In this document: piece by piece, positions 45,213 to 54,166 of the stretch
How positions within the stretch are numbered: position 1 is the first letter of the stretch
Layout of the letters: each line of letters opens with the position of its first letter
Assembly: GCA_963757525.1 (NCBI GenBank)
Contig: CAVWRM010000001.1
Span: 3,224,884 to 3,288,883 of the forward strand
Direction: 5' to 3'
Length of the DNA: 64,000 bases
Origin: an uncultured Gemmatimonadales bacterium
GTDB lineage: Bacteria > Gemmatimonadota > Gemmatimonadetes > Gemmatimonadales > GWC2-71-9
Position numbers and translations under genes: made by a program
Notes under the pieces: model-generated
Databases searched by the model: none
Seen by the model: only the letters and a program-made list of their open reading frames with translations
What the model was told of the DNA's origin: nothing

Positions 45213-47053
45213 GAGCTTCGCCCTGAGCCCGCGTGGGTCGCGGCGTCGCGCCCCGCCTCTTCGATCCACGCCGGCCACTCCGGCCCCGGTCGATCGAGTC
45301 GCCGAACCCAGCGTCCCCCGCCGTCCTCCTCAAACCCATGGTTCGGCAGGAACGTCGCCGCTACCTGATTGCGGCCCGAATCGATGAATTCGGCGGACAG
45401 CGCGGTGGCACCCGTCGCCCTTGCGTCCGCGGCGATTCGTGCGATCAGGGCACTTTCGACCGACTTCCCGATCACGCGACAGCTCATGAGAAACGAATCC
45501 AGCAGCCAGTCCCCCGGCCCGGGCACCGCGACCGCGACGCCGGTGAGGCCGAAGTCTCCGAAGCGGTCCGCCACCCGCATGGTGTAGACCCGCCAGTCGC
45601 CACGGCTGACGTTCCGCCGGATGGTCGTCTCGTCGTGCCGCCTCGTCGTCAGATTGAACTGGTTGGTCTTCAGGAAAAGCTGCACCACCCGGCTCATGGA
45701 ATCATCCCCCACCAGCTCGATGCTTACTCGCAGCTCGAGCCCGCGGAGGAAGTCCTCCACCGAGCCGACCCGCGAGCGGTAGGCGTCGCGCTCCCTGGTC
45801 TCCTGATACTGTGCCGTACGGCGCGCGTCTTCCGAGGTCTGCCCCAGCACCAGCAGCGAAGGCAGCGACCCGATCCAGTCGGCGTAGAGGGAGGAGTCCG
45901 TCGGCAGGTCCGGCACGATGAGCTGGGGGATCTGCTCGTGCACCCAGGCCCGCTCGTGCGGACTGTCGTCGATCAGGAGCATATGATCGAGCCCGATGTT
46001 CAGCTCGGCGGCGATGGAGCGGATGCTGCTGGCCTTGTCTTCCCAGTTGACCCGGAGTGCGGCGAGGTGCTGCTCACGGATCAACATATGGGGATGCTCC
46101 CGCAGCACGTGCAGCACCTCGTCTTCGTTGTTCTTGCTTGAAAGGGCCAACAAGATGCCCTGGCGCTGGAGATCGAGCAGCTCGCGCTGGAAATCGAGAA
46201 ACTGCTGGCCCGGCCACTGGGGGCCGAGGGCGATGCCGGACGCGCCGTCCTCGCCCAGCACGCCGCCCCAAAGCGTGTTGTCGAGGTCGAGCACGATACA
46301 CTTCGTCGCCTTGCCGAGCGCCGCGAGGGCGAAGCCGACATAACGTCGCGCCACCGCCGACATGAGCGCGTCCGACCAGGTCACGTGCCCGCGATAGTGC
46401 GAGGGCCAGTTGAACGCGACGGTCCGGCCGATCTGGGAGACGACGTCGGCCAACGGAAACAGGAAGCTCTGCTGACGGGCCGCAAGCCTCAGACGGAGGT
46501 GCTTGTTCGCATGGGCCACCGTATGAGCGAACGTGCCTTTGTCGCGGAAGGCATTGACGCCCTCCGTGCTTCGGCGCGGCAGGGGAAAGTCGTTGACGAC
46601 GACCAGGCCGCTGCCGGCATGCTGGAACGTCTCCAGTCCCGCGAAGAGCGGCGTGAGCAGACCGCCCACCACCTGTTCGCTTCCGAGCGGAGGCGCTTCG
46701 GCCCACCGCTGATTCCAGAGGACGTCGCTGTCGATCGCGAGGAACGTGACGTCCGGCCGAAACCGGTACAGACCGGACCCCTGATCGAGCAACTCCGGCA
46801 GATATTGGCCGTAGGCGCCGAGGTATGGCTCGATCCAGATTCCCACCCGGGCGCCTTCCACCCGCAGTACCGGGATGAAGGGCTCCAGGGTGAACGATCC
46901 GAGCAGGGCGACCCGGGCCCGCAGGTGCTGCGGAACGGCCTCCCCGGCCACGCGGTCGAGCTCACGCGCGGCCGCGACGTACGAGGCCCACGAGCTTCCC
47001 TCCCGCACCCCGATGGCCAGGTTCTTCAGTGTTAGGCTGTCGATCATCGCCAC
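45209..47053 (-). CDS. FkbH-like protein (HAD subfamily IIIC phosphatase domain + C-terminal GNAT-like acyltransferase domain)
   Basis: 'KCIVLDLDNTLWGGVLGEDG', 'LSSKNNEDEV', 'MLLIDDSPHER', C-terminal 'KTNQFNLTTRR...FLMSCRVIGK'. GTG 47053 or ATG 47047 start. Confidence 0.85.
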   Translation of the reverse strand: MAMIDSLTLKNLAIGVREGSSWASYVAAARELDRVAGEAVPQHLRARVALLGSFTLEPFIPVLRVEGARVGIWIEPYLGAYGQYLPELLDQGSGLYRFRPDVTFLAIDSDVLWNQRWAEAPPLGSEQVVGGLLTPLFAGLETFQHAGSGLVVVNDFPLPRRSTEGVNAFRDKGTFAHTVAHANKHLRLRLAARQQSFLFPLADVVSQIGRTVAFNWPSHYRGHVTWSDALMSAVARRYVGFALAALGKATKCIVLDLDNTLWGGVLGEDGASGIALGPQWPGQQFLDFQRELLDLQRQGILLALSSKNNEDEVLHVLREHPHMLIREQHLAALRVNWEDKASSIRSIAAELNIGLDHMLLIDDSPHERAWVHEQIPQLIVPDLPTDSSLYADWIGSLPSLLVLGQTSEDARRTAQYQETRERDAYRSRVGSVEDFLRGLELRVSIELVGDDSMSRVVQLFLKTNQFNLTTRRHDETTIRRNVSRGDWRVYTMRVADRFGDFGLTGVAVAVPGPGDWLLDSFLMSCRVIGKSVESALIARIAADARATGATALSAEFIDSGRNQVAATFLPNHGFEEDGGGRWVRRLDRPGPEWPAWIEEAGRDAATHAGSGRSS

Positions 47054-47201
47054 CTGAGCGTAGAGTTATACTGGACGGCGTCCTGTAAAGTAGCACTGAA
47101 CGAGCGTGCGCGTTGTGATTCGAGTCCCCAGGCCCGATCGGGCCCCGGGACCCCCGTCTCGTCTGCATACAGACTTGTTCGACAATCAGTTAGCCCACTC
47201 G

Positions 47202-49016
47202 GTGGGGAGGCCGGCTCTGAAGCCCTGCATCCTATCGTTGTCCCTGGCTGTGTTCTGGGTGGGGTGCGGGGGAGGGGACACATCAGCCGGCCCTGGCGGC
47301 GAGAGACAGCCGGCGGCGCTCGAGGTCCTCGAAGGGAACGACCAGGTCGGACAGCCAGACCAGGCGCTTGCGCTCCCCGTGAAAGTCCTCGTCACGGATG
47401 CGAGCGGAGACCCTGTGCCCAGGGTGAGCGTGGCGTTCGGGACGGACGAGGGCGACGGAGACCTCTCGCCCCCGACCGTCGAGACGGACGCCGACGGGAT
47501 CGCCGAGTCCGCGTGGACTCTCGGCCCGATGCCTGGCGCGAACACGGCGACCGCAACGGTTCAGGGACTGCCGGCGGTCGTGCTCTCAGCGACGGCGGTG
47601 AGTCCGCCCCCCACGACTCTGGTGATGATCGCCGGGAACGGACAGGAGGCCGTGGCCGGTGCCGATGTGCCCGCCCCACCGACGGTCGAGGTCCGGGACG
47701 GAGCCGGACATCCGACCGCCGGAGTCGAGGTGCGGTTCGACGCGACGGGCGGCGGCTCGGTATCGCCGGAGGCGGTGGTGACAGGCCAGGATGGCCGGGC
47801 CTCACCCGATCGCTGGACTCTCGGCACGACGGCGGGGGAGGACACCCTCCGGGCATCGTCACCTGCGGTGTCCGGCGCCGTCGTCGAGTTCGTGGCCGGC
47901 GCGATCCCCGGCCCCGTGAGCGCCTCGACCTCGTCCATCTCCATTGCACCAGACCGACCGGTGACCGGCGAGACCGCCGACATCCGTGTCGTAGCCCGGG
48001 ACTCCTACGGCAACCCGGTGAGCGAGGTCGCTGTCACGCTCGACGCGACCGGTTCCGGTCACACGATCGGACAGCCGGCACAGCCGACCGGTCCGGATGG
48101 AGTCGCCACCGGGACGATGGTGTCCTCGCAGGCGGGATCGACCACCATTTCAGCAGAGGCCGGCAGCGTCCCGCTCGAGCACACGGTCACCCTCACGGTG
48201 GCGTTCGGTGAAGCCACGCTGGTCGGCCGCACCTATTGCACCATCGGTGGGGTGACCTCGGTCATGGATGTGTACGTACCCGACACCTCACATCCGCGTC
48301 CACTCCCTGTCGCCGTCCATGTCCATGGTGGCGGCTACACCGGCGGAAGCCGGTCAACGGGGTTCTACTTCTCGGACATCGAGCCCGTTCTGCTCGACCG
48401 CGGCTATCTGGTCGTGAGCCTCGACTACCGGTTGGCGCCGGCCCATAAATATCCCGCGCAGATCGAAGACGTGAAGTGCGCCATCCGGCATCTGCGGGCC
48501 AAGGCCGACCTCTATGGATTGGACACGGCTCGAATCGGCGTGTGGGGATCGAGCGCGGGGGCGCAGCTCGCCGGCCTCATGGGCACAACCGGCGGCCACT
48601 CGACCTTCGACGATGCCGGAGGGTTTCAAGGGCAGTCGAGCGAGGTCCAGGCGGTGATCGCGATGTCGGCCATCACCGATTTTACCCGCACGGCGGAGCT
48701 GAACGACAACTACAAGCCCGAGTTCCCCTCATGGCCCGACCCGGACTCTCCGGACCTCATCGAAGCGAGTCCGGCATCGCACGTGACCCCGGACGATAGT
48801 CCCTTCTTGTTCATCGCCGGCGAGGACGACGATCTCGTCCTGCCGGCCCAGTCTCAGCACATGGACGCGCTGCTCCACGGCAGCGGGGTGGCGTCCGAGC
48901 TGTTGCTCGTCTCCCACGCCGACCATGCTCTCATGAGCACCGACGCCCCGATTTCCCCCACCGTGACGGCCATCGTTCAGCGGATGGCCAATTTCTTCGA
49001 TCAGCACCTGCGCTGA
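47202..49016 (+). CDS. Lipoprotein: three Ig-like (Big-type) repeats + alpha/beta-hydrolase esterase domain
   Basis: Lipobox 'AVFWVGC'. Repeats of the type 'V.V.D..G.PV.GV.V.F....G'. Esterase 'VHVHGGGYTGGS', nucleophile 'GVWGSSAGA', 'SHADHAL'. GTG 47202 chosen within ORF 47106. Confidence 0.78.
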   Translation: MGRPALKPCILSLSLAVFWVGCGGGDTSAGPGGERQPAALEVLEGNDQVGQPDQALALPVKVLVTDASGDPVPRVSVAFGTDEGDGDLSPPTVETDADGIAESAWTLGPMPGANTATATVQGLPAVVLSATAVSPPPTTLVMIAGNGQEAVAGADVPAPPTVEVRDGAGHPTAGVEVRFDATGGGSVSPEAVVTGQDGRASPDRWTLGTTAGEDTLRASSPAVSGAVVEFVAGAIPGPVSASTSSISIAPDRPVTGETADIRVVARDSYGNPVSEVAVTLDATGSGHTIGQPAQPTGPDGVATGTMVSSQAGSTTISAEAGSVPLEHTVTLTVAFGEATLVGRTYCTIGGVTSVMDVYVPDTSHPRPLPVAVHVHGGGYTGGSRSTGFYFSDIEPVLLDRGYLVVSLDYRLAPAHKYPAQIEDVKCAIRHLRAKADLYGLDTARIGVWGSSAGAQLAGLMGTTGGHSTFDDAGGFQGQSSEVQAVIAMSAITDFTRTAELNDNYKPEFPSWPDPDSPDLIEASPASHVTPDDSPFLFIAGEDDDLVLPAQSQHMDALLHGSGVASELLLVSHADHALMSTDAPISPTVTAIVQRMANFFDQHLR

Positions 49017-49238
49017 GCCCGCGGTGCCAGTGGGGACCATCCGGCGCGCCGTTGCGGCACCGTTGGTCGGAATGACCCAACAACCCGACCCTGAAGGAAT
49101 CATTAAGTGACGGAGGGACAATCACTTCCTGGGATTGTCCCCAGGTAGGCCATGGCGCGGAACCTGCGGCAAGGGGCAAGGCTACCTATACTTCGCCCGC
49201 TGAGCTTTTGCACCACCGAACCCCAACGACGCGTATAC

Positions 49239-51385
49239 ATGACCCGCTCCCCCCGACTCGCCACTCGTCTCGGCACGATCCTTCTCGCCGTCGGCGCCCT
49301 CACCTGCGGCGGTGATGGCACCGACCCCAATCCTGCCGATCCGACGAAGCTTGCAGTGACCACCCAGCCGTCGAGCTCCGCGCAGAACGGACAGGCCCTT
49401 GCGGTGCAACCCGTGGTGCAGGTCCAGGACGCCAACGGTGAAGACGTAGCCGCGCCGAGCGGCACAACGATCACGGCATCGGTGACCGGCGGAGGCGCCA
49501 CGGTTCAGGGCACGGCCACCGTGACGCCCGATGCCACCGGCAAGGCGACGTTCACCGACCTGGCTCTCACCGGCGCCGGCGGCACGTATACGCTCCAGTT
49601 CAGCGGCAACGGACTTTCCGGCGCGACCTCGTCCAACATCGTGCTCGCGGGCGGGCCGCCGTCGACCATCACGGTCACCATTCAGCCCACCAGCGCACTC
49701 GACGAGGAAGTCTTCGACCCGTCACAACAGCCCGTGGTGACCGTGACCGACGCCGGCGGCAACCCCGCGGCCGACGTGTTGGTCACCGCGTCGATCGCGT
49801 CGGGCACCGGAACGCTGCAGGGCAGGGACACGGCCACCACGGACGCCTCCGGCGTCGCGCGGTTCACCGACCTCGGGATCGGCGGCGCCGGCTCGCAGAC
49901 GCTCGGCTTCAGCGGCGGCGGCGCCACCGGCACCTCCGCGCCGATCAACATCGCCACCCTCTCGGCGCAGGCGACGGCGGGCCAGTGGGACGCGCCGGTG
50001 GCGTGGGACATCGTGCCGCTGCACATGCACCTGCTGCCCACGGGCAAGATTCTCGCCTGGGGGCGGTTCGAGAATGGTACGATGATGATGGCCAATCCAC
50101 GCCTCTGGGATCCGGCGGCAGGACCGCCCACGACCGCCATAACCGTACCCGCGGATACCATGCTCTTCTGCGCCGGTCATGGGTTCATGGCCGATGGGAC
50201 ACTAATGGTGTCAGGGGGGCACAAACTGGACGATCGCGGGCTCGATGTGACCAATTTCTTCAACCCGGCAACCCAACAGTGGACGGCCGGGCCCAAGATG
50301 GCCAAAGGGCGCTGGTATCCCACCGTCACCGAGCTGCCCGATGGCCGGATGATCACTGTGGCGGGCAAGGACACGAGTAAGACCACGGTGCTCATTCCGG
50401 AGATCTGGGAGAATAACCATTGGGTTCAGCTCCCCGGTGCACCTCTCAGCTTCCCTACTATCCGCGTGACTTCGTCTCACCCGACGGGCGCATCTTCATG
50501 GCAGGCGAGCGCACGATGTCACGCTGGCTGAGCGTTGACGCCATGGGGGCGGGCGGGCGGGGAACTTGGGTCAACGGACCCGCACACATCTGGCCGTTCA
50601 ACCGCGACTATGGGTCGGCGGTCATGTACGAGGCGGGGAAGATCCTGTATGTCGGTGGAGGCGGCGACCTGACCTGGGACACCCCGGATCCGAAGAACGG
50701 GACGCCCACCGCAACGGCAGAGAAGATCGATCTCACGCAGGTGTCGCCGACATGGGAAAGCGCTGGATCGTTACCGACGCCGCGGCGGCACCTCAACGCC
50801 ACGGTGCTCCCCGACGGCAAAGTGCTTGTGACCGGCGGCGTCAGCGGGGCCGGCTTCAACAACATCGGCACGGCTCAACACGCCGCGGAGATCTGGGACC
50901 CTGCCACCAATAACTGGACCGGTCTCGCAAGCAATGCGGTGAACCGAGGGTATCACTCGGTTTCGCTCCTCCTCCCCGACGCCACAGTGCTGCACGGCGC
51001 CAGCGGAAATGCGAACATTCCCGGGACGTCTACCCCGTACCCCGACGAGGAGAGTCACGAGATCTACCATCCGCCCTACCTCTTCAAGGGTGCCCGGCCG
51101 ACGATCACGAACGTCGCCTCCCCCGTGAGCTACGGCGGCGATTTCACCGTGACGACACCCAACGCCGCCCAGATCACGACGGTGCGTATCACCCGGCTGG
51201 GCTCGGTGACCCACGCGTTCGACCAGAACGGCCGCACGATGAGGCTATCCTTCACGGCCGGGGCCGGCAGCATCAGCGTCACCGCGCCGGCCAACGCCAA
51301 CGCCGCGCCGCCGGGCGATTACCTGCTCTTCGTGCTCAATCGGAATGGGGTGCCGTCGGCGGCAAAGGTGGTGCGGATTCAGTAG
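49239..51385 (+). pseudogene. Glyoxal oxidase / galactose-oxidase-like lipoprotein (Ig-like repeats + Kelch-type propeller + DUF1929-like C-terminus) interrupted by a 1-nt frame change near 50440-50456
   Basis: ORF 49152..50531 ends '...NNHWVQLPGAPLS' plus junk. ORF 50420..51385 is junk plus 'LPYYPRDFVSPDGRIFMAGE...'. The two halves form one continuous propeller. Signal peptide 'LGTILLAVGALTCGG'. Confidence 0.75.
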
Positions 51386-52980
51386 GCCACGTCGAGCATG
51401 ATCGTGGGCTCGCTGGCGGAGGGCGAAGGCTTGCCCTCCGCCAGGTTGTTTTCCCACCATGCGCGCGCGTGGCCTGCAGTCCACGGATCGCCCGCGTCCA
51501 CCCGCACCAGCGCCTCCGCCAGCTCGCCGGCAGACGCCGGCCGGCCTGCAGGCTCCTTGGCCAGACAACGAAGAATGATCTCGTCGAGCGCGCGGGGGAT
51601 GGCGAGTCCCGACCTGTCCGACGGCGGTACCGGCCGGCCCTGCAGGTGCTGGAGGATCATCCTGAGCGCGTTGTCCGCCTCGAAGACCAGCGTGCCCGTG
51701 AGCAGGAAGTAACCGACGCACCCCAGCGAATAGAGATCCACCCGCGCGTCGATCGCTTCGCCCGACGCCATCTCCGGTGGCATGTATGCCGGGGTCCCGG
51801 TCGTGGCCTGGGGAGCGGTGAGCAGGGTCTGCCGGCCCGCCTCCTGATCCCGCTTGGCGAGCCCGAAATCCAGCACCTTGATGAAGTCGTAATCGAGACC
51901 GAGCCGGCAAAGATGCAGGTTGGCCGGCTTGATGTCCCGGTGTATCAAACCGGACGCGTGGGCTTCGGCGAGGGACGCACACGCCTGCAGGAGCAGGTGG
52001 ACCACGCGAGCCGGTGGCTGCGGCCCGAAGCGACGGACCAGCGTCTCGAGGTCCATCCCGTCCAGCAGCTCCATCACGATGTAGAAGCGCCCGTCACGCG
52101 TCACGCCGAAGTCGTAGAGCTGGATGCTGTGGGGCGAGCGCAGGCTCGCGGCCGCCTGGGCCTCCCGCCGGAACCTCGCCACCGCGGTGGCGCTGTCCTC
52201 GTCGTCCCGACGCGGACGGATCAGTTTGATGGCGGCGGGGCGCGCCAGCAGGCGGTGGTGCGCCCGCCACACCTCGCCCATTCCGCCCTCGCCGATCCGG
52301 TCCGCCAGCCGGTAGCTGCCCATCTCTCTCGCGCGGCTCACCTGTCGCCCCATCCGCAGGATGATCTTCGACGGAAGGACCGCCAGCAGCGCACAGACGT
52401 AGTTGGGCGTGTAGGCCCAGACGAGGAGTGGGAGACTCGGGAGCTCCACGCCGCGGAGATGCGCCACGATGAGACCGACCGGGTCCATACTGGCCGCGAG
52501 GAGCGATGCGATGAGCGTCTTCCTGGGCGGTGCCGGCACGATCAGCGGCTGAATCAGGATCAGCACGCACAGCCACGAGAGCCGTCCGCCCAGCACCGCC
52601 GGATTCCACTGGTTCACGAGCCCGACTCCGAAGGCGAGTACGACTTCGTAGGCCAGCCCGACGTTGACGAGCTTGTGACCCTGGCTCCGGCAGGTGGGCG
52701 CCCACCGGTAGAGGGCCACCGACAGGAGGATGAACACCACCGCGAAGACGTCGGCGAGCGGCGGCCACGCCAGCACCGCGTCCCGGGGCAGATCGAGCAG
52801 CGGGCGGATCAGGTGGTTCATCACCAGGCCGATGGTCCACAGCCCGATCCAGACGGCCGCCGCGATGCGGAGCCGCTGGACGATCTCGCCGACCAGCTCG
52901 TCGGGCAGCGAGGCGTCGGCTCCCCCGGTGGTCGAGGGCGTCGTGTTGACCTGGGGCTCCACTCGTGAGTGGCTGGGCAT
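51379..52980 (-). CDS. Ser/Thr protein kinase with an N-terminal six-helix membrane domain
   Basis: Six hydrophobic segments in the first ~215 aa. Then 'IGEGGMGEVWRA', 'AIKLI', 'HRDIKPANLHL', 'DFGLAK', 'GTPAYMPPE'. Its 3' end overlaps the upstream gene by 7 nt. Confidence 0.85.
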   Translation of the reverse strand: MPSHSRVEPQVNTTPSTTGGADASLPDELVGEIVQRLRIAAAVWIGLWTIGLVMNHLIRPLLDLPRDAVLAWPPLADVFAVVFILLSVALYRWAPTCRSQGHKLVNVGLAYEVVLAFGVGLVNQWNPAVLGGRLSWLCVLILIQPLIVPAPPRKTLIASLLAASMDPVGLIVAHLRGVELPSLPLLVWAYTPNYVCALLAVLPSKIILRMGRQVSRAREMGSYRLADRIGEGGMGEVWRAHHRLLARPAAIKLIRPRRDDEDSATAVARFRREAQAAASLRSPHSIQLYDFGVTRDGRFYIVMELLDGMDLETLVRRFGPQPPARVVHLLLQACASLAEAHASGLIHRDIKPANLHLCRLGLDYDFIKVLDFGLAKRDQEAGRQTLLTAPQATTGTPAYMPPEMASGEAIDARVDLYSLGCVGYFLLTGTLVFEADNALRMILQHLQGRPVPPSDRSGLAIPRALDEIILRCLAKEPAGRPASAGELAEALVRVDAGDPWTAGHARAWWENNLAEGKPSPSASEPTIMLDVAY

Positions 52981-53110
52981 GGGGACGGGTAGGTGGGGGT
53001 TGGTGGAATCTCATGCCTGGGACGGACTTTGCCAATGGCCCGGCGGAGCTATTCTTCTACAAATTGCCTCACACCAACGGCATCCGGGCATCAGCCCGAG
53101 GGGGTCGGCC

Positions 53111-54154
53111 GTGCCGCAGCCCGCCAGGGGCAGCTTCGCCAGGCTCAGCGAAAATCCCGTCACCCGTGTCGTGGCCTACTACGTCCTGCTGGCTGCGGGC
53201 ACGGCCCTTCTCTGGCAGATCTTTCCCGGTCTCCACACCGTCTTCTCCGCCGAGCGGCTGGATGCGCTGACCGCCGGGAAGGACCACCTCGGCAATGATC
53301 CGCTCTTCGAGTCGCTGAGCGGCACTGCCGGGCAGCATCTGCCGCCGCCCGTCGCCCTGGCCGTCACCACGGCACTCTGCATGACCGGCGCCTTCCTGCT
53401 GATGATCCCGGTCGCGTGGGTGTACATCATGACCCGCCAGAAGAAGGGCTACCGCCAGTCGGTGGTGCAGACCCTCGTCATCCTGCCGATCGTCGTTGCG
53501 GGCGTCGTCCTGCTGGTCAAGAACAGCGTCGCGCTGGCGTTCAGCCTCGGCGGCATCGTCGCCGCGGTGAGCTTCCGCAACACGCTGCGCGATACGAAAG
53601 ACGCCGTCTGCATCTTCCTTGCGACCGCCGTGGGCCTCGCGGCGGGTGTGCAGGTGATGTCGGCCGCCGCGGTCATGTCGCTGCTCTTCAACGTCGTCAT
53701 CCTGATCTTCTGGTATACCGACTTCGGCCGGGCGCCGGCCCATCTCGAGGGGCCGGCCGCGGCCCGCCGGCTGGCGCGGTCGCGGGCCAACGCCAATCGG
53801 AGCGGGGCCTTCGTCTCGATGCTCGATCGGGAGATCCTGCGGTCCATGACGCCGGAACAACTCCAGGCGATCGTGGCCCGGGCCCAGAAACGCGGCTCGG
53901 GCAAGGTGCCCAAGCCGCTCGAGACCTCGGTGAGGATCCGCACGTCGCAGGCCGAATCCGTGCAGCGGGCGGTCGAGGCGCTGCTCACCGAGCAGGTGAA
54001 GGAATGGAAGCACACCCACACCTCGCGCGACGGTGGGGGCATCGCCGTGCTGGAGTATCGGGTGCGCCTCAAGAAGAGCCTGCCGGGTGACGCACTGCTC
54101 CAGGTGATACGCAACCGGCTGGGCAACCAGATCGCCGATGCCGAAGTCAAGTAA
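53111..54154 (+). CDS. DUF4956-like membrane protein with a C-terminal soluble domain
   Basis: 'VWVYIMTRQKKGYRQSVVQTLVILPIVVAGVVLLVKNSVALAFSLGGIVAAVSFRNTLRDTKDAVCIFLATAVGLAAG' matches my recollection of the DUF4956 core. GTG 53111 with GAGGGG 6 nt upstream. The start is uncertain. Confidence 0.65.
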   Translation: MPQPARGSFARLSENPVTRVVAYYVLLAAGTALLWQIFPGLHTVFSAERLDALTAGKDHLGNDPLFESLSGTAGQHLPPPVALAVTTALCMTGAFLLMIPVAWVYIMTRQKKGYRQSVVQTLVILPIVVAGVVLLVKNSVALAFSLGGIVAAVSFRNTLRDTKDAVCIFLATAVGLAAGVQVMSAAAVMSLLFNVVILIFWYTDFGRAPAHLEGPAAARRLARSRANANRSGAFVSMLDREILRSMTPEQLQAIVARAQKRGSGKVPKPLETSVRIRTSQAESVQRAVEALLTEQVKEWKHTHTSRDGGGIAVLEYRVRLKKSLPGDALLQVIRNRLGNQIADAEVK

Positions 54155-54166
54155 AGCCCGGCCGGC

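Noticed and set aside
47100-47150. A second tRNA gene or tRNA pseudogene, suggested by the TTCGAGTCC T-loop motif
   Set aside because: The flanks do not form a T stem (at most 3 of 5 pairs). No acceptor, D or anticodon arms can be drawn. I kept it only as a weak possible att-like remnant.
49152-49238. The ORF-track start (49152) for the oxidase-like gene
   Set aside because: The first 29 codons precede the obvious signal peptide 'MTRSPRLATRLGTILLAVGALTCGG'. ATG 49239 gives a standard lipoprotein precursor.
50420-50531. Programmed -1 ribosomal frameshift in the oxidase-like gene
   Set aside because: I found no X XXY YYZ slippery heptamer in the zero frame in the junction region and no obvious downstream stimulatory structure. 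A 1-nt indel (pseudogene or sequencing error) is the simpler explanation.
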